A stretch of 16,775 nt of DNA. It comes from Nitrospinales bacterium (GTDB taxonomy: Bacteria > Nitrospinota > Nitrospinia > Nitrospinales > JAJDAT01). Both the position numbers and the translations under genes were made by a program. The stretch is taken from positions 1 through 16,775 of the forward strand of contig JBHHYO010000060.1 of assembly GCA_046757665.1 (NCBI GenBank), given 5' to 3'. The notes under the pieces are model-generated. The model saw only the letters and a list, made by a program, of their open reading frames with translations, did no database searches and was not told where the DNA came from. Positions within the stretch are counted from its first letter, which is position 1. Every line of letters begins with the position of its first letter. Below, in pieces: positions 14,981-16,775 of this stretch.

Positions 14981-15871
14981 TTAATCCAAATCTCTGAGGC
15001 TACCGCTCTTGGATTTCAGCCGTAACTTTGTTTTGGCGCGTTCCTCTATTTGCCGGACCCGTTCGCGGGAAAGCCGGACCTTCTTGCCGATTTCTTCCAG
15101 CGTGGTGGGCTCGCCGTCGAACCCGAAGCGCATACGCAGAATCGTTTCTTCACGCGGCGTCAGGTCTTTCAGCAGTTCCCTGATTTTGGTTTTCAGGGCG
15201 GTCTGCAAAATCTGCTTATCATAAGGGATGTAATTGGGATTTTCCAGGAGGTCCAGGTAAATCGTCTCCTTGTTGTCGCTGAGGGGTGTGTTCAATGACA
15301 AGTGCGCCCGGTATGCCCGGAGCATGGTTTCGATGTGCTCCTGGCTGATCCCCATTTTTTCCGCGACTTCCTCCCGGGTGGGTTCCCGGTCCAGGACCTG
15401 GCGCAGGTCCTCGTATTTTCTGCCGAGCTTGTAAATCATGCCCGCCTGTTTGACCGGGAGCTTGACGGTGCCCGCCTGTTCGGCCAGGGCGTGCATGATG
15501 GCCTGGCGAATCCACCAGTCGGCGTAGGTGATGAGCTTGACTTGCTTGGCGCCGTCAAACCGTTTGGCGGCCTGGATCAGGCCGATGTTGCCTTCTTCAA
15601 TCAGGTCCTGGAGCGACAGGCCGCAACCCTTGTATTTGTTCGCCACGGTGACAACGTATTTCAGGTTCCTTTTGACCAGCTCCTGAAGGGCGGCGATATC
15701 GCCGCTTTTGATCTGCCGGGACAGACGGTATTCCTCGCTCCGGGTCAGAGGTTTGATCTTGCTGATTTCCTTGAGGTACTTGGTCAAAGGATCCGAACTG
15801 GAATCTTCGGATTTTGCCTTTTTGGCATTGGGCCGCGATTGGGTCGCCGAATGAGTTTTTTTGCCGGACAT
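14981..15871 (-). CDS. RNA polymerase sigma-70 family factor, RpoD/RpoS-like without region 1.1 (alternative sigma)
   Basis: Region 1.2 DPLTKYLKEI...LTRSEE; region 2 NLKYVVTVANKY, DLIEEGNIGL, TYADWWIRQAI; region 3 REPTREEVAE, SLNTPL; region 4 TLEEIG...SRERVRQIE. Confidence 0.95.
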   Translation of the reverse strand: MSGKKTHSATQSRPNAKKAKSEDSSSDPLTKYLKEISKIKPLTRSEEYRLSRQIKSGDIAALQELVKRNLKYVVTVANKYKGCGLSLQDLIEEGNIGLIQAAKRFDGAKQVKLITYADWWIRQAIMHALAEQAGTVKLPVKQAGMIYKLGRKYEDLRQVLDREPTREEVAEKMGISQEHIETMLRAYRAHLSLNTPLSDNKETIYLDLLENPNYIPYDKQILQTALKTKIRELLKDLTPREETILRMRFGFDGEPTTLEEIGKKVRLSRERVRQIEERAKTKLRLKSKSGSLRDLD

Positions 15872-15884
15872 GTTGGTTCAATGG

Positions 15885-16649
15885 TTACCGAGATTTTTTC
15901 AGGCGAAGAAGCGCTTCGCGCGTGAAAGGGCTTTTGGGATATTGGTCCACCAGTTGGTTGTAAAACAATCGGGCTTCCCGGAAATTTTGCTCCTTGCGAT
16001 AGGATTCGGCGAGGAGGAAAAGCGCCTCGTCGTTAAATTTCTGGTTAGGGTAAGTGTTCAGCAGTTTTTTAAAGCGGTTGATCGCGGACTGATAGGATCG
16101 GGTGCGGAAATAATATTTGCCGATCTCCAAAATGTTTGCCGCGAGTTTGTTGCGGCATTCCCGGGCCTTGGCTTCGGCGCGCTGGCGGTAGGGGCTTTGG
16201 GGGAAGTTTTTGACCAGCCGATCAAATTGTTCCAGGGCCGACCGGGTATGGCTTTGATCCCTGGCGGCGTTGTCGATGATCATGAAATCCGTCATGGCCA
16301 GATAAAAATGGGCGCGGTCCACATTGGGCCAGGCGGGATAGAGTTCGATGAATTGTTGATAATCCAGTTTTGCCTCGGCGTACTCTTTCCTTTTCATGTG
16401 GTTGTCCGCCTGCAACATGAGCGCCTTCACCCGTTCGCGGCTGTCGGGGAAATCGTCCAGAACCCGCTTGTAATACTGCCCTGCCAGGAAATAGTTTTTT
16501 TCCTTATCCAGTTCAGCGCCTTTTTTCAAAAGCAGAGCGGGGTCGTCGATCTTCGCCGGCGAATCGGTCTGGCAGGCGGAGGCCCCGAGACAGGAGATTA
16601 TTATTATCAGGATAAGGCGGAAAGAAATTCCGACGCGGGAGTCAAGCAT
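15885..16649 (-). CDS. bamD: Outer membrane protein assembly factor BamD (TPR lipoprotein)
   Basis: Lipoprotein signal ending LGASA-C; TPR helices; YQQFIELYP, RDQSHTRSALEQFDRLVKNFPQSPY, LEIGKYYFR and AINRFKKLLNTYP are characteristic of BamD/ComL. Confidence 0.93.
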   Translation of the reverse strand: MLDSRVGISFRLILIIIISCLGASACQTDSPAKIDDPALLLKKGAELDKEKNYFLAGQYYKRVLDDFPDSRERVKALMLQADNHMKRKEYAEAKLDYQQFIELYPAWPNVDRAHFYLAMTDFMIIDNAARDQSHTRSALEQFDRLVKNFPQSPYRQRAEAKARECRNKLAANILEIGKYYFRTRSYQSAINRFKKLLNTYPNQKFNDEALFLLAESYRKEQNFREARLFYNQLVDQYPKSPFTREALLRLKKSR

Positions 16650-16740
16650 CGTTTGTTCCCGAAATACTACTGGTTTTAAATATATTACAACAGACCTATT
16701 GAAAAAAGAACCGGAATTGTAGCGCGGCTCGATTGCGCCT

Positions 16741-16768
16741 TGCTATAACGATTTTGTTCATGCTATAA
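16741..16768 (+). repeat. Direct repeat TGCTATAA with 20-nt period (extended -10-like elements or a regulator site)
   Basis: TGCTATAA at 16741-16748 and 16761-16768, in the AT-rich region upstream of bamD. Confidence 0.4.
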
Positions 16769-16775
16769 GAAGTTT

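Overview
GC-rich chromosomal window from a Gram-negative (diderm) bacterium, shown by BamD and lipoprotein signal peptides. The gene repertoire is reminiscent of Nitrospinota or Deltaproteobacteria-like lineages, but this is an unverified impression. No mobile element or CRISPR array was seen. Left to right on +: an AT-rich regulatory region with a structured leader, a SulP/SLC26 anion transporter with a strong intrinsic terminator, an XRE-HTH/metallo-beta-lactamase-fold fusion, a YbjT/DUF2867-type NAD(P)-binding protein, a geranylgeranyl-reductase-like flavoprotein and a 7-repeat FG-GAP lipoprotein. On - follows a compact three-gene operon: two paralogous cobalamin-binding radical SAM enzymes flanking a small membrane-anchored protein. 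All three share an isolated, apparently non-catalytic domain resembling the N-terminal acceptor-binding half of GT9 LPS heptosyltransferases; this is the best candidate for an undescribed system. ftsY (+) is transcribed divergently from it. A - strand block then runs bamD, alternative sigma-70 factor, possible small ORF, plsY, tRNA-Gly(GCC), tRNA-Cys(GCA) and a GT-C (ArnT/PMT-like) glycosyltransferase.
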